Sequence record: SRR20825019_669
DNA: 64,000 nucleotides
Direction: 5' to 3' (one strand)
Part shown: positions 19,123 to 29,401 of the stretch, piece after piece
How the letters are laid out: each line of letters opens with the position of its first letter
Position numbering within the stretch: position 1 is the first letter of the stretch
Notes under the pieces: model-generated
Seen by the model: the letters and a program-made list of their open reading frames with translations, nothing else
Database searches by the model: none
Told to the model about the DNA's origin: nothing
Program-made: the position numbers and the translations under genes

Positions 19123-21579
19123 TCAGGCATAGACATCCGGATTTTGGCGCCCATCCGGCATAAGATCGGCGATAGGCAGGGGCGGAAACTCCTTCTGAAC
19201 CTTGAAGCTCACCGCGCCGGCCATGCCGGTGCGGCCTGCCGTCTTTTCAAAAATTTCAATGATATCCGCCCGCATCTGCGGTTGCAGGGCACGGTGCGTG
19301 CGGATCAGCAGAGACATGGACTGCTTCGCGACGGAACCGTCTATCTGGAAAGGGCCGAGGCCGCTGAGCATTAGATCGACGACAAATCTGGTTTCGGCGT
19401 CGCCGCCGTTATTGCTGTTCTCTTCGCCTTCGCCGCCTGTCTCCTCCTCGTTGCGCTCAAAAGGAGGCGGCAGGATGAAGAGGCGCATCTGTTCCAGGGC
19501 GTCCTGGTTTTGTATCGGCATGAAGAACGCGCGCCAGCCTGCGGTCTCCGGTCCGCCTTCGCTCGCACGAGAGAGGGATTGGAAATCGCCGGAAAGGGTC
19601 GACAGCAGTCGGCCATGCGACTTCTCAAGCGCCTGACTGGTGTCTTTTCCGAGCCAGCCGCCGAGGGAGCCACCACGCACCGCGGCAAGGAAGAACAGCA
19701 TGGAAGCGGCCAATTGAGGCCCGGGCCGGGCGATTGCAGCAGAAAACTGTGCCGCACTCTGTGGCGCCGATACTTCAAGAGCGCGGAGGCTTTCTTCCAG
19801 CGCGGGCCACTCCCGGGAGAGGATGGAGAGGGGAGTTTGCGATCCGCCCTCAATCCGGCCGCGCATGTCGCTTTCCGAGCGGCCCAGGATTTCCATGCGG
19901 ATGGCTGACTGCATCTGTCCTGCCTCGGCGCGCGCCGCGACGTCGAGCAGACCGACGGATGAATTCACAATCGCCTGCCCGCTTCCGCCGGTCGCGACAA
20001 TGGTTCCGGAAATCACCGTACCGCCGCTGCCGGGCTGTGCGGGCAATGCGTTGCTGCTCTGCGCCCCGACGGACAAAACCCGTATGGGAAAATCCGCTCC
20101 AGGGGGGAGGGCATTGCCTGGTTTTGGTGCTGATGCCCCTGCGGTAGCCGCCCCGCTTGTAGCCGCTGTGTTTGTTACCTGTCCGGCGAGCGCTGCCGTG
20201 GCCGCGCGGTTTTCGGAGCCACCTTGTGTAACCGTCTGTGGTGTTTGCGCGACACTACTGCTCGGCACGCTCCCGGGGCGGCCGGTTGCTGCGGGAGCGG
20301 CTGCTGTTGTTGTAGCAGGGAGCGATGGCGCCTGAGGAGCGCTTGCGGTATTGCCCGGCGATGGTGGTGGCGTGTTTTGAGAAACTGGCGTCGCCCCTGT
20401 GCTGACCACCGTGCCTGTGCTGACCGTGCCTGTCTGGGCCTGTGCCGGTGACCGGATAGTGGCGGGCGGGCTTTGCTGACCTGACGCCGGTTGTGCCGCA
20501 GGGGGCTGTGCTTGCTGCACTGTATTGGAAACGGGCTGTGCACCGGTTGGTGCCGGCGATGGCGGCGTTGCTTGCGGCAGCACGGCTTGCGGTACGGTGG
20601 GCAAGGGGCTGGAAGGTTTCAGGTGCGGACTGGATGCCAGCAGGTATCTAGCGGCAGCTTGGGCCGCTTGCTGTGGGTTGATACTGCTTGCCGTGGCGGG
20701 GATCGGGCCGCTGGCTATGCCTTGGGGCAGCGAGGTCGGGCGCAAAACGATGGCCCGGGCAACTTGCCCGTCCGTGAGTGGCGGTAACGTTCTCGGGGCT
20801 GAGGCGGTTGTGGAGGTGGCGCTGCCCGCCGCGGCGGTGCTGACTTGCTGAGTCTCGGATACAGGTTTCGCAGCGGCATTGCCTGGCACAGGAGAGCGAG
20901 GCTGCAAGAGGGCCTGCAATCCGTTCTCCGTTCTCTGCAAAATCAGGCTGACGACGGTGCCCGGGCGGACAAAGGCCGGAATTTGCCGGGGATTGATCTG
21001 GATTGTCGCTTCGCCTGCCGCTGTGCGGACATTCACGCTGCCGTCGGTTCGGACCCGCGTCACGGTTACATCCTGGGCCGATGGTTGTTGGGCGGCGGGC
21101 TGCTGGGCTTTTGCGGGTTGCTGGGGCTGCGGGGTAGGCGCGGAAGCCGGTGCCGGGCGCGCGCCCTGTCCAGATGTGCTTTCAGCAGGGGGCGGCGCAG
21201 AATTTTGCGGGCCGGGAGGCGGGGGAGCGGAATTCTGGGGCGCCGGGGTTTGTGCGGGCAGTGGCGCCGAAGATTGTGCGGGCGAGGGTGGTTGCGCCTG
21301 TGCCTGTGCTGCTGGCTGGCCTTGCGGCGGTTGAGCTTGAGGTGTGGCTTGGGACGGTTGACCTTGAGGAGCCTGGCCCTGTGCGGTCTGCTGCCCTTGT
21401 GCAGGTTGCGGCGCTTGCGGCTGAGGCTGTGGAGTTGTGCTCTGGGCTGCGGGCCTGGTCTGGCTACCTGACTGAAGTGCGTCCGCACCACTGGTCACCC
21501 GTCCCTCAACCGGCGCATTGGCCAGTTGGGAGGAACGTGTCGCCTGCGGGGCAGGCGCGGTGGGTTGAACGGTGCTCAA
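19123..21579 (-). CDS. Long Pro/Gln/Ala/Thr-rich protein with FliK-like C-terminal domain
   Basis: Mostly low complexity; C-terminal TRFVVDLMLSGLGPFQIDG...LLIRT; last gene of the flhA-flhF-flhG run; TTG start uncertain. Confidence 0.65.
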   Translation of the reverse strand: MSTVQPTAPAPQATRSSQLANAPVEGRVTSGADALQSGSQTRPAAQSTTPQPQPQAPQPAQGQQTAQGQAPQGQPSQATPQAQPPQGQPAAQAQAQPPSPAQSSAPLPAQTPAPQNSAPPPPGPQNSAPPPAESTSGQGARPAPASAPTPQPQQPAKAQQPAAQQPSAQDVTVTRVRTDGSVNVRTAAGEATIQINPRQIPAFVRPGTVVSLILQRTENGLQALLQPRSPVPGNAAAKPVSETQQVSTAAAGSATSTTASAPRTLPPLTDGQVARAIVLRPTSLPQGIASGPIPATASSINPQQAAQAAARYLLASSPHLKPSSPLPTVPQAVLPQATPPSPAPTGAQPVSNTVQQAQPPAAQPASGQQSPPATIRSPAQAQTGTVSTGTVVSTGATPVSQNTPPPSPGNTASAPQAPSLPATTTAAAPAATGRPGSVPSSSVAQTPQTVTQGGSENRAATAALAGQVTNTAATSGAATAGASAPKPGNALPPGADFPIRVLSVGAQSSNALPAQPGSGGTVISGTIVATGGSGQAIVNSSVGLLDVAARAEAGQMQSAIRMEILGRSESDMRGRIEGGSQTPLSILSREWPALEESLRALEVSAPQSAAQFSAAIARPGPQLAASMLFFLAAVRGGSLGGWLGKDTSQALEKSHGRLLSTLSGDFQSLSRASEGGPETAGWRAFFMPIQNQDALEQMRLFILPPPFERNEEETGGEGEENSNNGGDAETRFVVDLMLSGLGPFQIDGSVAKQSMSLLIRTHRALQPQMRADIIEIFEKTAGRTGMAGAVSFKVQKEFPPLPIADLMPDGRQNPDVYA

Positions 21580-21596
21580 TCTGCTCTCTTCGGCTG

Positions 21597-22388
21597 CTAT
21601 AGCAGCTTGTCGACGATGGCCTCCACGTCGGTCGCCGCCGGGGCCGACGGATAGCGGTTCAGGATCGGGCTCTGGTTCCGGATCGACTCGATGACTTTCC
21701 GGTCGCGGCGGATGATCCCGAGCAATTGGGGCTCGAACTTCAGGAAGTTCATCGCGGCCTTGCGCAGGGTTTCATAGGTTTTCCGGCCATCATTCACCGA
21801 ATCCGCGCTGTTCACGACGATGGAAACCTCGCAGTTCGGATCGCTCTGATGCGCGACCTTGACGAAGGCATAGGCGTCGGTCAGCGATGTTGGCTCGGCA
21901 GTGGTGACAACGATGACTTTACCTGCCCGGGCCGCGAGCATGCGCACCGTCCTGTCCAGACCCGCCCCGAGATCCATGACCACGCGGTCATAGGTGTCGG
22001 ATAGGTGGACGAGTTCGGTCCCCAGAGATTGCAGCCGGTTCGATGGCAGGGTTGCCAGACTTCCGGAGCCGGAGCGGCCGGCAATGATATCGAAATTGCC
22101 GTCGTCATAACGAATCTTTGCCTGAGCCAGGGACAGCCGGCCGGCGATAACGCCGCCCAGATCGCGCTGGGGCATCAGGCCAAGCTGGATGTCGACATTG
22201 GCGAGGCCAAGGTCGGCATCGAACAGAAGCACCCTCTGGCCCATCTTGCTGAGCCCGTGCGCCAGCGTGACCGAAAACCACGTCTTGCCGACCCCGCCCT
22301 TGCCGGAGGCGATGGCGAGAATGTTGGCGCCCTTGGTGACGGGGCCACTGGCCGCTGTTGGTCGGGGCTTGTCTGCGGGCGACATCAT
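21597..22388 (-). CDS. flhG: MinD/ParA-family flagellar regulator (FlhG/FleN-like)
   Basis: SGKGGVGKT, DADLGLANVD, EPTSLTDAYA; directly after flhF. Confidence 0.85.
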   Translation of the reverse strand: MMSPADKPRPTAASGPVTKGANILAIASGKGGVGKTWFSVTLAHGLSKMGQRVLLFDADLGLANVDIQLGLMPQRDLGGVIAGRLSLAQAKIRYDDGNFDIIAGRSGSGSLATLPSNRLQSLGTELVHLSDTYDRVVMDLGAGLDRTVRMLAARAGKVIVVTTAEPTSLTDAYAFVKVAHQSDPNCEVSIVVNSADSVNDGRKTYETLRKAAMNFLKFEPQLLGIIRRDRKVIESIRNQSPILNRYPSAPAATDVEAIVDKLL

Positions 22389-22424
22389 TGGACTGATCCT
22401 TGGGTCCGTTCCATCAAAGCGACC

Positions 22425-23420
22425 TCAACCATAGGCACCTCGTGCCGTTTGCTGTTCGTCGTCAAAACTCTCCACCACCGATTTGGGCAGCAATAACCGT
22501 GCCAGCGTCACGGGATTCATTGGCCTGAGGCCATCCGCCACGCTGGGGCCAATACCGACATCGGTCATTTGCAGCCCCGTAAGCGCGGCTGCACTGAGGT
22601 ATGATCCGAAGCGTCGCGTCATGTCGAGCCGGGTCAGAAGCAGGCGGCGGGCGCCCAGTTCACGATAGATCCCGGCGATCTCGGCGGCTTCCATCGGGTC
22701 GATACCACCGGCCATGACCAGGACCACATCCGCGTCCACGGCCTTTATCAGGCGTGCCTGCCGGTCAATATCGTCATTATCGAAAGGATTGCCGCCCGGA
22801 CAGTCGATCAGAATATGCCCGCGGCCTTCGGCACCGGCGACGGCGGCTCTCAATTCTCCGGGTGTTCCGGCACTGATCAGGTTCAGCTTCAGGATCTTGG
22901 TGAAGGCCTCAAGCTGGGCGAAGCCACCGGCGCGGACCGTATCCGTGGTGATGACGCGCACCGCCTGTTTCTGCATGACGATCCGGGTGGCGAGCTTGGC
23001 AATGGTGACGGTTTTTCCCGCACCGGGCATACCGACCAGAAGAATTGGTTTGTCGGCGGTGCCGAGAGGCATCGGTGTGAAGGCGAAATACCGGTCAAGG
23101 GCGCCAGCCAGAGCCAGGATTGGATCGTCCATCGACAATTCTTCGGCGGCGCTGATCAACTCGTCCGATATTTGCGGCGGGACGCCATTATTGAGGAGGG
23201 CATCCGTGATGATCTCCACCGGATCATCATAGGCCTCGTCGTAATGATCTTCCTCGTATTCGAATTCGTCTTCGACCTGATCAATGGCGGCGGTTATGCG
23301 AACGCCAATGCCGTCTTCACCTGACTGGGTGGAGACAATGATGGCATCTTCGCCAAAATGCTCTTTCACGAGCGCCATGGCTTCGTTCATCGTGTCGGCG
23401 GAAAAAGTCTTCAGGCGCAT
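22425..23420 (-). CDS. flhF: SRP-type GTPase FlhF
   Basis: MRLKTFSADTMNEAM..VKEHFGEDAIIVS, GMPGAGKT, DTVRAGG, DCPG, TRLD. Confidence 0.88.
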   Translation of the reverse strand: MRLKTFSADTMNEAMALVKEHFGEDAIIVSTQSGEDGIGVRITAAIDQVEDEFEYEEDHYDEAYDDPVEIITDALLNNGVPPQISDELISAAEELSMDDPILALAGALDRYFAFTPMPLGTADKPILLVGMPGAGKTVTIAKLATRIVMQKQAVRVITTDTVRAGGFAQLEAFTKILKLNLISAGTPGELRAAVAGAEGRGHILIDCPGGNPFDNDDIDRQARLIKAVDADVVLVMAGGIDPMEAAEIAGIYRELGARRLLLTRLDMTRRFGSYLSAAALTGLQMTDVGIGPSVADGLRPMNPVTLARLLLPKSVVESFDDEQQTARGAYG

Positions 23421-23468
23421 GGAAACCTCACCGGCGACGCGCGCCCGTTTCTCAGCCCCAGACTAAAA

Positions 23469-25607
23469 TCATACTTGGCCAAGGGTCTTGATCCGTGCCT
23501 TTGGGTGAATTTCATTTTGAGACATTACCACAGTCTGCGGCCGGAAACGCTCAACGATGGAGCGCACGTAGGGCCGGATACCGGGAGAGGTGAGAACCGT
23601 CGGGAATTCACCGACCTCGGCAAGCTGGTCAAGAGCGTTGCGCAGCGCCGTGATGAAGTCCTGTAGCTGGCTCGGCGGCATCGAAAGCTGCTGTTCCTCG
23701 CCCTGACCGACGATCGAATTGGCGAACGCCTGCTCCCAGTCCGGTGACAGGGTGACCAGATGAATAACGCCGTCATCCGCCGTGTTCTGCTCACTGATCT
23801 GCCGGGCGAGGCGTGTCCTGACATGTTCTGTGATCAGGGTGATGTTGCGGGTGAAGGTGGACGCCTCCGAAACACCTTCAAGAATGGTCGGCAGATCACG
23901 CACGGAAACGCGCTCGCTCAGCAGGTTCTGCAGGACGCGTTGCAGGCCGCCGATGGAAATATTCGACGGCACCACGTCCGTAACCAGCTTCTGGTACTGG
24001 TCCGGCAACTCGTCGAGCAGCTTCTGGGTCTCGGTGTAAGACAGCAGATCGCGCATGTTGTCGCGGATCAGCTCCGTCAAATGGGTGGTAACCACGGTCG
24101 ACGGATCGACCACGGTGTACCCCTTGAAAAGGGCTTCCTCGCGCTGCTCCGGGCCGACCCACATGGCGGGCAGGCCGAAAGTCGGCTCGCGCGTGTCCGT
24201 ACCGGCGAGATCAATCTGGTTCCCGCCCGGATCCATGACCAGCAGACGGTTCGGACGGATATCGCCACGCCCAACCTCGATTTCCTTGATGCGGATGACG
24301 TAGGTATTGGCCGGAAGTTGCAGATTATCCTGGATACGGACCTGCGGCATGATGAAGCCGCTTTCCACGGCAAGTTGCCGGCGCAGGGCCCGGATCTGGT
24401 CCGTCAGCCGCTGGCCCTCGGTCGTCTCGTTGACCAGAGGCAGCAGACCGTACCCGAGCTCAAGCCGGACCAGATCGATATGCAGCGCGGCGGAGATCGG
24501 CTCTTCCGGCGGCGGTGCGGCGGCTTCGTCCGCTTCGCGTTGCACCACTGCGGCGGCTTCGCCTTCGTGCTTGCTGTAGATCATGAAGGCGAGGCCGCCG
24601 ACGATCGCGGCGAGTGTCAGAAAGATGAAGGTCGGAAAGCCGGGAAGCAGGGACAGGATCGCCAGCAGAACGGCGCACAGGGCGAGGGCCTTGGGGTAGC
24701 CGCCAAGCTGTCCGAAGACCGCCTTTTCCGTGGTGCCGGTGGTGCCGCCCTTGGTGACCAGCATACCGGCGGCGGTGGAGACGATGAGAGCGGGGATCTG
24801 ACTGACCAGACCGTCGCCGACCGTCAGAAGCGTGTAGGTCGAGAAGGCATCCGCGAAGCTGACACCCTGCTGGGCGATACCGATGACCATGCCGCCGATA
24901 ACGTTGATCACCGTGATGAGCAGTCCGGCGACGGCGTCTCCCCGGACGAATTTGGAGGCACCGTCCATGGCACCGAAGAAGGTGCTCTCGGAGCTCAACT
25001 CCTCACGCCGGTTCCGTGCCTGATCCTCATTGATCAGACCGGAGGAAAGGTCTGCGTCGATTGCCATCTGTTTGCCGGGCATGGCGTCAAGGCTGAAGCG
25101 GGCGGCGACTTCCGCAATACGGCCCGAACCCTTGGTGATGACGATGAAGTTTACGATCACCAGGATAGAGAAGACGATAATACCGATAGCGGCGTTGCCG
25201 CCCATCATGAAGCCGCCGAAGGCCTGAATCACATCGCCGGCCGCGTCCGTACCAGTATGGCCCTCGGCCAGGATCAAGCGTGTCGAAGCCAGGTTAAGCG
25301 AGAGCCGTAACATGGTCGCGATCAGCAGGATCGTCGGAAACGAATTGAAATCCAGAGGCTTTTCGATGAACAGAACCGTCATCAAAATAACCACGGACAA
25401 GGCGATCGAGACCCCGAGAAGGATATCGAGCAGCATTGTCGGGACCGGCAAAATCAGAACCGAGATAATGCCGATCACGCCAAGAGCGAGGTAGATATCC
25501 CCCCGCTTTGCCGCAGCCTTCAGATTGGCAAAGTTAAAAGACGGCAAGGCCGTTCCGCCGCCGCCTCCACCTTCCGGCTGCGGAGCTTGATTGGAGGCGT
25601 CGGTCAT
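23469..25607 (-). CDS. flhA: Flagellar export gate protein FlhA
   Basis: FPTILL, RIAEVAARFSLDAMPGKQMAIDADL, GAMDGASKFVRGD, GDGLVSQIP. Confidence 0.97.
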   Translation of the reverse strand: MTDASNQAPQPEGGGGGGTALPSFNFANLKAAAKRGDIYLALGVIGIISVLILPVPTMLLDILLGVSIALSVVILMTVLFIEKPLDFNSFPTILLIATMLRLSLNLASTRLILAEGHTGTDAAGDVIQAFGGFMMGGNAAIGIIVFSILVIVNFIVITKGSGRIAEVAARFSLDAMPGKQMAIDADLSSGLINEDQARNRREELSSESTFFGAMDGASKFVRGDAVAGLLITVINVIGGMVIGIAQQGVSFADAFSTYTLLTVGDGLVSQIPALIVSTAAGMLVTKGGTTGTTEKAVFGQLGGYPKALALCAVLLAILSLLPGFPTFIFLTLAAIVGGLAFMIYSKHEGEAAAVVQREADEAAAPPPEEPISAALHIDLVRLELGYGLLPLVNETTEGQRLTDQIRALRRQLAVESGFIMPQVRIQDNLQLPANTYVIRIKEIEVGRGDIRPNRLLVMDPGGNQIDLAGTDTREPTFGLPAMWVGPEQREEALFKGYTVVDPSTVVTTHLTELIRDNMRDLLSYTETQKLLDELPDQYQKLVTDVVPSNISIGGLQRVLQNLLSERVSVRDLPTILEGVSEASTFTRNITLITEHVRTRLARQISEQNTADDGVIHLVTLSPDWEQAFANSIVGQGEEQQLSMPPSQLQDFITALRNALDQLAEVGEFPTVLTSPGIRPYVRSIVERFRPQTVVMSQNEIHPKARIKTLGQV

Positions 25608-25674
25608 TCAGTGCCTCGCATCATGCGGTCCCGTTTCTGCATTGCATATCGCCTGAAGCTATTCTGGTCGTGCT

Positions 25675-27150
25675 TCAGACTGTCGCCCGATCTGCTTCGC
25701 CCGGCGGAGGCACATTAACGCCTTCCCCGGAATACGCTTTGAGCTTGTTGCGCAGCGTCCGGATGGAGATGCCGAGAATATTAGCGGCATGAGTCCGGTT
25801 GCCGAGGCAATGGCTGAGCGTATTGATGATCAGCTGGCGCTCGACATCGGCAACGGTGCGGCCGACGAGATCTCCGCCGGTCCCGCTTTCCTGTCCGGGC
25901 GTAGCCGCTGCCGGTGCTGGAGGGGGCGGGGTCGCTTCCGGCTCGTCATCGAAAGAGGCTGGCTGAAACGCATTTGGTGCCGGAGGGGCAGCTGGTTGAG
26001 GTGCCGGTGTCGCGCGCAATGGCGGCGCTTCTTCTGCGGCCGGAGTCATTTGCTCCCCGGTCAGGATAATGGCTTCGGCTCCGATCTCGTTACCGGAGGC
26101 AAGCAGGACCGCGCGATGCAGGGTATTTTCCAGCTCGCGCACATTGCCGCGCCAGTGATGGCCCTGCAGGCGGGTAACCGCCTCGGCGCTCAGCGGGCGC
26201 TCGGGAACGCCATTGGCCTCGGCATATTTCTTTGAGAAATGAGTTGCGAGCAGCTTGATGTCGGCCGGGCGCTGACGCAGCGGCGGGAGCTGCAGGTTGA
26301 AGACGTTGAGGCGGAAATAGAGATCCTCCCGGAAATTACCTTCCCGGACATGCCGCTCGAGATCCCGGTTCGAGGTCGCAAGCAGGCGGATGTCCACTTT
26401 GACCGGCTGGTTTCCGCCGACCCTGTCGATTTCGCGTTCCTGGACCGCCCGAAGCAGCTTGGCCTGCAAGCGGATATCCATTTCGCTGATTTCATCAAGC
26501 AGCAGGGTGCCGCCGTTTGCTTCCTCAAATTTTCCGACGCGGCGGGCCACGGCGCCGGTAAAGGCGCCTTTCTCATGCCCGAATAACTCGGATTCCAGAA
26601 GGTTGTCCGGGATCGCGGCGCAGTTGACGGAAACGAACTGTTTGTCGGACCGCTTGCTTTTCTCATGCAGGTATCGGGCGAGAACTTCCTTACCCGTACC
26701 GGACTCGCCGGTGATCAGTACGCTTGCATCCGATGGTGCGATCTGGTCGGCGAGTTTGAGAACAGCCCCCATGATCGGGTCCTGGAAAATCACCGAGCTC
26801 TGTTCCTCGGTAACGGCTGCGAGCACGGCGGCAATCAGCTCGGCGTTCGGGGGCAGGGGAATATATTCCTTGGCGCCCGCCTTTATCGCGGCAACAGCGG
26901 CATCGGAATCGTTTTCGAGACCGCAGGCGACAACCGGCGTGTTGATGTGCTCCTGGTTCATCGCCCGGAGCAGTTTGGCTACAGGCTGGGCCACGTCGAT
27001 CATGACGAGATCAGCGCCCTGGCCGCTGCGCAGCGCATGCATTGCGCCCTCGACATTGTCCAGGTGACTGACTTTAGCGCCTTTTTTCAGGGCTATCTGA
27101 CCGGCTGCGCTAATATGTCCGCCGAGTGTGCCGACGATCAGCAATCGCAT
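25675..27150 (-). CDS. flbD: Sigma54-dependent flagellar activator FlbD
   Basis: MRLLIVGTL atypical receiver, GESGTGKE, GAFTGA, GNRTHAANILGISIRTLRNKL HTH. Confidence 0.93.
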   Translation of the reverse strand: MRLLIVGTLGGHISAAGQIALKKGAKVSHLDNVEGAMHALRSGQGADLVMIDVAQPVAKLLRAMNQEHINTPVVACGLENDSDAAVAAIKAGAKEYIPLPPNAELIAAVLAAVTEEQSSVIFQDPIMGAVLKLADQIAPSDASVLITGESGTGKEVLARYLHEKSKRSDKQFVSVNCAAIPDNLLESELFGHEKGAFTGAVARRVGKFEEANGGTLLLDEISEMDIRLQAKLLRAVQEREIDRVGGNQPVKVDIRLLATSNRDLERHVREGNFREDLYFRLNVFNLQLPPLRQRPADIKLLATHFSKKYAEANGVPERPLSAEAVTRLQGHHWRGNVRELENTLHRAVLLASGNEIGAEAIILTGEQMTPAAEEAPPLRATPAPQPAAPPAPNAFQPASFDDEPEATPPPPAPAAATPGQESGTGGDLVGRTVADVERQLIINTLSHCLGNRTHAANILGISIRTLRNKLKAYSGEGVNVPPPGEADRATV

Positions 27151-27198
27151 CTGTCAATTCTCCCGTTTGGGCGACCGTATCCGGGTCAGCCCTGTCCT

Positions 27199-28056
27199 TC
27201 AATCGTAGTAGTCGAGCCGCTGCGATGGCGGCAGTTTGGTATTCAGCATGCGCTCGAGAAGCCGAGGGTTCTCCTGCCGGGCGATCGACATTGCGCAGGC
27301 ATGGTAGATTTCACATTCGAGCAACTCTGCTTCAGCGTTGCGCTCCAGTTTCGCCGCAATCGGTGCCAGCACCATGTAGGCGAGAATGGCGCCATAGAAG
27401 GTCGTCAGCAGGGCAACGGCCATGGCCGGGCCGATGGAGCCTGGATCGTTCAGGTTTCCGAGCAACTGGATGAGCCCGATCAGGGTGCCGATCAGCCCCA
27501 TGGATGGAGACACCTCAGCGGCCCGCCGGAGCACGCCGGCGTGACGGTGCCGGATGTCCTGTATGGCGTCGATTTCCTGGGCCAGAACCTGGTCGATCTG
27601 ATGCGGCGTCGCCCCGTCCACCGCCATGGCGACGGCACGTTGCAGAAAAGGCTCGCTATCGACGGAGGGAATCACGGCATCAAGAGCAAGAACGCCATTC
27701 TCCCGTGCGATGGCCGCGAGATTAAGCGACCGTTCGCCGGCAAGCCGCGGATCATGACGGTGCGGCAGCAATGTTTCCAGAACGGCGCCGATGGCACCGA
27801 ACAATTCGGAAATGCTGTAGGAGACAAGGGTTACGGCAAAGGTGCCGATGAGGACGATCAGAACAGCCGGAAGATTGTAGAAGGAACTGACCGAGCCGCC
27901 GAGCACCAAGGCCGTCATGACCAGTCCAAAAGCAACCGACAGGCCCAGGATCAGGGCGATATCGATCGTACGTCCACTTGCCGGAACGTCGAACGTTCTG
28001 GTTTTGACTGGACGCGGACGATCTCCGCCATTTTCCACGGTCGCGCGATCTGCCAT
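27199..28056 (-). CDS. motA: Flagellar stator A subunit (MotA/PomA family)
   Basis: ARENGVLALD, PSMGLIGTLIGL, IGPAMAVALLTTFYG. Confidence 0.9.
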   Translation of the reverse strand: MADRATVENGGDRPRPVKTRTFDVPASGRTIDIALILGLSVAFGLVMTALVLGGSVSSFYNLPAVLIVLIGTFAVTLVSYSISELFGAIGAVLETLLPHRHDPRLAGERSLNLAAIARENGVLALDAVIPSVDSEPFLQRAVAMAVDGATPHQIDQVLAQEIDAIQDIRHRHAGVLRRAAEVSPSMGLIGTLIGLIQLLGNLNDPGSIGPAMAVALLTTFYGAILAYMVLAPIAAKLERNAEAELLECEIYHACAMSIARQENPRLLERMLNTKLPPSQRLDYYD

Positions 28057-28076
28057 GTCTTTTCTGATCCCGCCGC

Positions 28077-28451
28077 TTAGCCGGTTCTGTCGGATTTGAT
28101 GATTTCCGTCATGGTCACGCCAAGGCGTTCGTCGACGATGACGACTTCTCCGCGGGCCACGAGGCGGTTGTTCACGTAGATATCGATCGCCTCGCCAACC
28201 TTGCGGTCCAGCTCGACGACGGCGCCGCGGCCAAGCTTGAGAAGCTGGCTGACCTGCATGCTGGACTTGCCGAGCACGGCGGAGACTTGCACCGGAATAT
28301 CGTAGACGGCTTCAAGTTCGCGCGCGCTGATCTGCTGGCGGGATTCTTCCGGAACAACCTCCGGCGTTTCGTCTGCGGCCTGCTGCTCCATGGCGGCGGC
28401 CATATCCAATTCTTCGAGATCTTCGAAATCGACATCGGTTTCGTCGGACAT
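28077..28451 (-). CDS. fliN: Flagellar motor switch protein FliN
   Basis: DIPVQVSAVLG, VELDRKVGE, VARGEVV. Confidence 0.95.
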   Translation of the reverse strand: MSDETDVDFEDLEELDMAAAMEQQAADETPEVVPEESRQQISARELEAVYDIPVQVSAVLGKSSMQVSQLLKLGRGAVVELDRKVGEAIDIYVNNRLVARGEVVIVDERLGVTMTEIIKSDRTG

Positions 28452-28479
28452 ATCGCTCTCCTCTGGCGGCCAGGCGGCG

Positions 28480-29361
28480 CTAGTTCTGAATCAGTTCAGG
28501 TTCGCTGGAATTGCCGTCCTCGTCCACACCTGTATCGGGTGCTTCCGGGACCGCATCGGATGGGGCGGGGGTGGGGGCATCTTCCATTCCCGGCAGATCA
28601 TCGCTTACCGCATTCATTTCGGGCTCTGACAGCTTTTCTGGTGTGACCTGATCGTCTGCTTCGGTCGCCGGGGGAATATCGGAGCCTATATTGGACCGGA
28701 CGGGAAGGGCGGAAAGAGTGCGTTCGATCATCTCGTCGATCTCGCTCCAGGTCTCGTCCAATGCCCGCTCGACCGCGCCGGCGGCCCAGGAGACGCGGCA
28801 ATCGGTTGCGACAAGTTCCGGGTCGCCCACCAAGACCACTTCACCTTCATAGCCGACGCGGGATGCCATCAGCTGGACCTTGTCGCGCAGCGGCGCTTCC
28901 AGCTCTGCTGCGACGCGGATCATCACCTTCGGCTGTTCGGTCAAGAACTGAAACGCCTGATTGATGACATGTTCTATCTGGGGCAATTCCGTGCCGCGTA
29001 TCAGCTCCGGTGCGAGCTTGCGCATGATGGTTGCGGACAGGCGAACCGCATCGCGCTGTATTTCCGACGTCCATTTGCGGTGTGTCTGGTTGAGTTCGTC
29101 AATCTTGCTGAGAACGCCCTCAAGCGAAACGGAAACCTGCTGCTCAATCCCGGCCATTGCAGAAGACATGCCTTCCTGCCGGCCAAGCTGGTAGGAGGCC
29201 TCCTTGGCTTCGTCGACCTCTTCCTGGCTGTAGGTCGGCGGTGCGTGTTCCTCGGCCTCAAGCTCTGCCATCCGCGCAGCCTCTGCCGCGCGGCGCATTT
29301 TCTGCTGATATTCCTCGTCGAAAATATTGTCGAACAGGAAGCGTGATTTTTGCGTGGTCAT
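28480..29361 (-). CDS. fliH: Flagellar assembly protein FliH (FlbE-like)
   Basis: RFLFDNIFD N-terminus, AxxxGxxxG-like SYQLGRQEG, DCRVSW..G.VER; position before fliN. Confidence 0.8.
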   Translation of the reverse strand: MTTQKSRFLFDNIFDEEYQQKMRRAAEAARMAELEAEEHAPPTYSQEEVDEAKEASYQLGRQEGMSSAMAGIEQQVSVSLEGVLSKIDELNQTHRKWTSEIQRDAVRLSATIMRKLAPELIRGTELPQIEHVINQAFQFLTEQPKVMIRVAAELEAPLRDKVQLMASRVGYEGEVVLVGDPELVATDCRVSWAAGAVERALDETWSEIDEMIERTLSALPVRSNIGSDIPPATEADDQVTPEKLSEPEMNAVSDDLPGMEDAPTPAPSDAVPEAPDTGVDEDGNSSEPELIQN

Positions 29362-29401
29362 GCTGCCCGACCTGTTCCGGTGAAAGCGTTTTCAGTCGTC
29401 G

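Noticed and set aside
20800..21480. Repetitive GC-rich DNA as possible tandem or CRISPR-like array
   Set aside because: Explained by Pro/Gln/Ala codons; no fixed-length repeat-spacer structure and no cas genes
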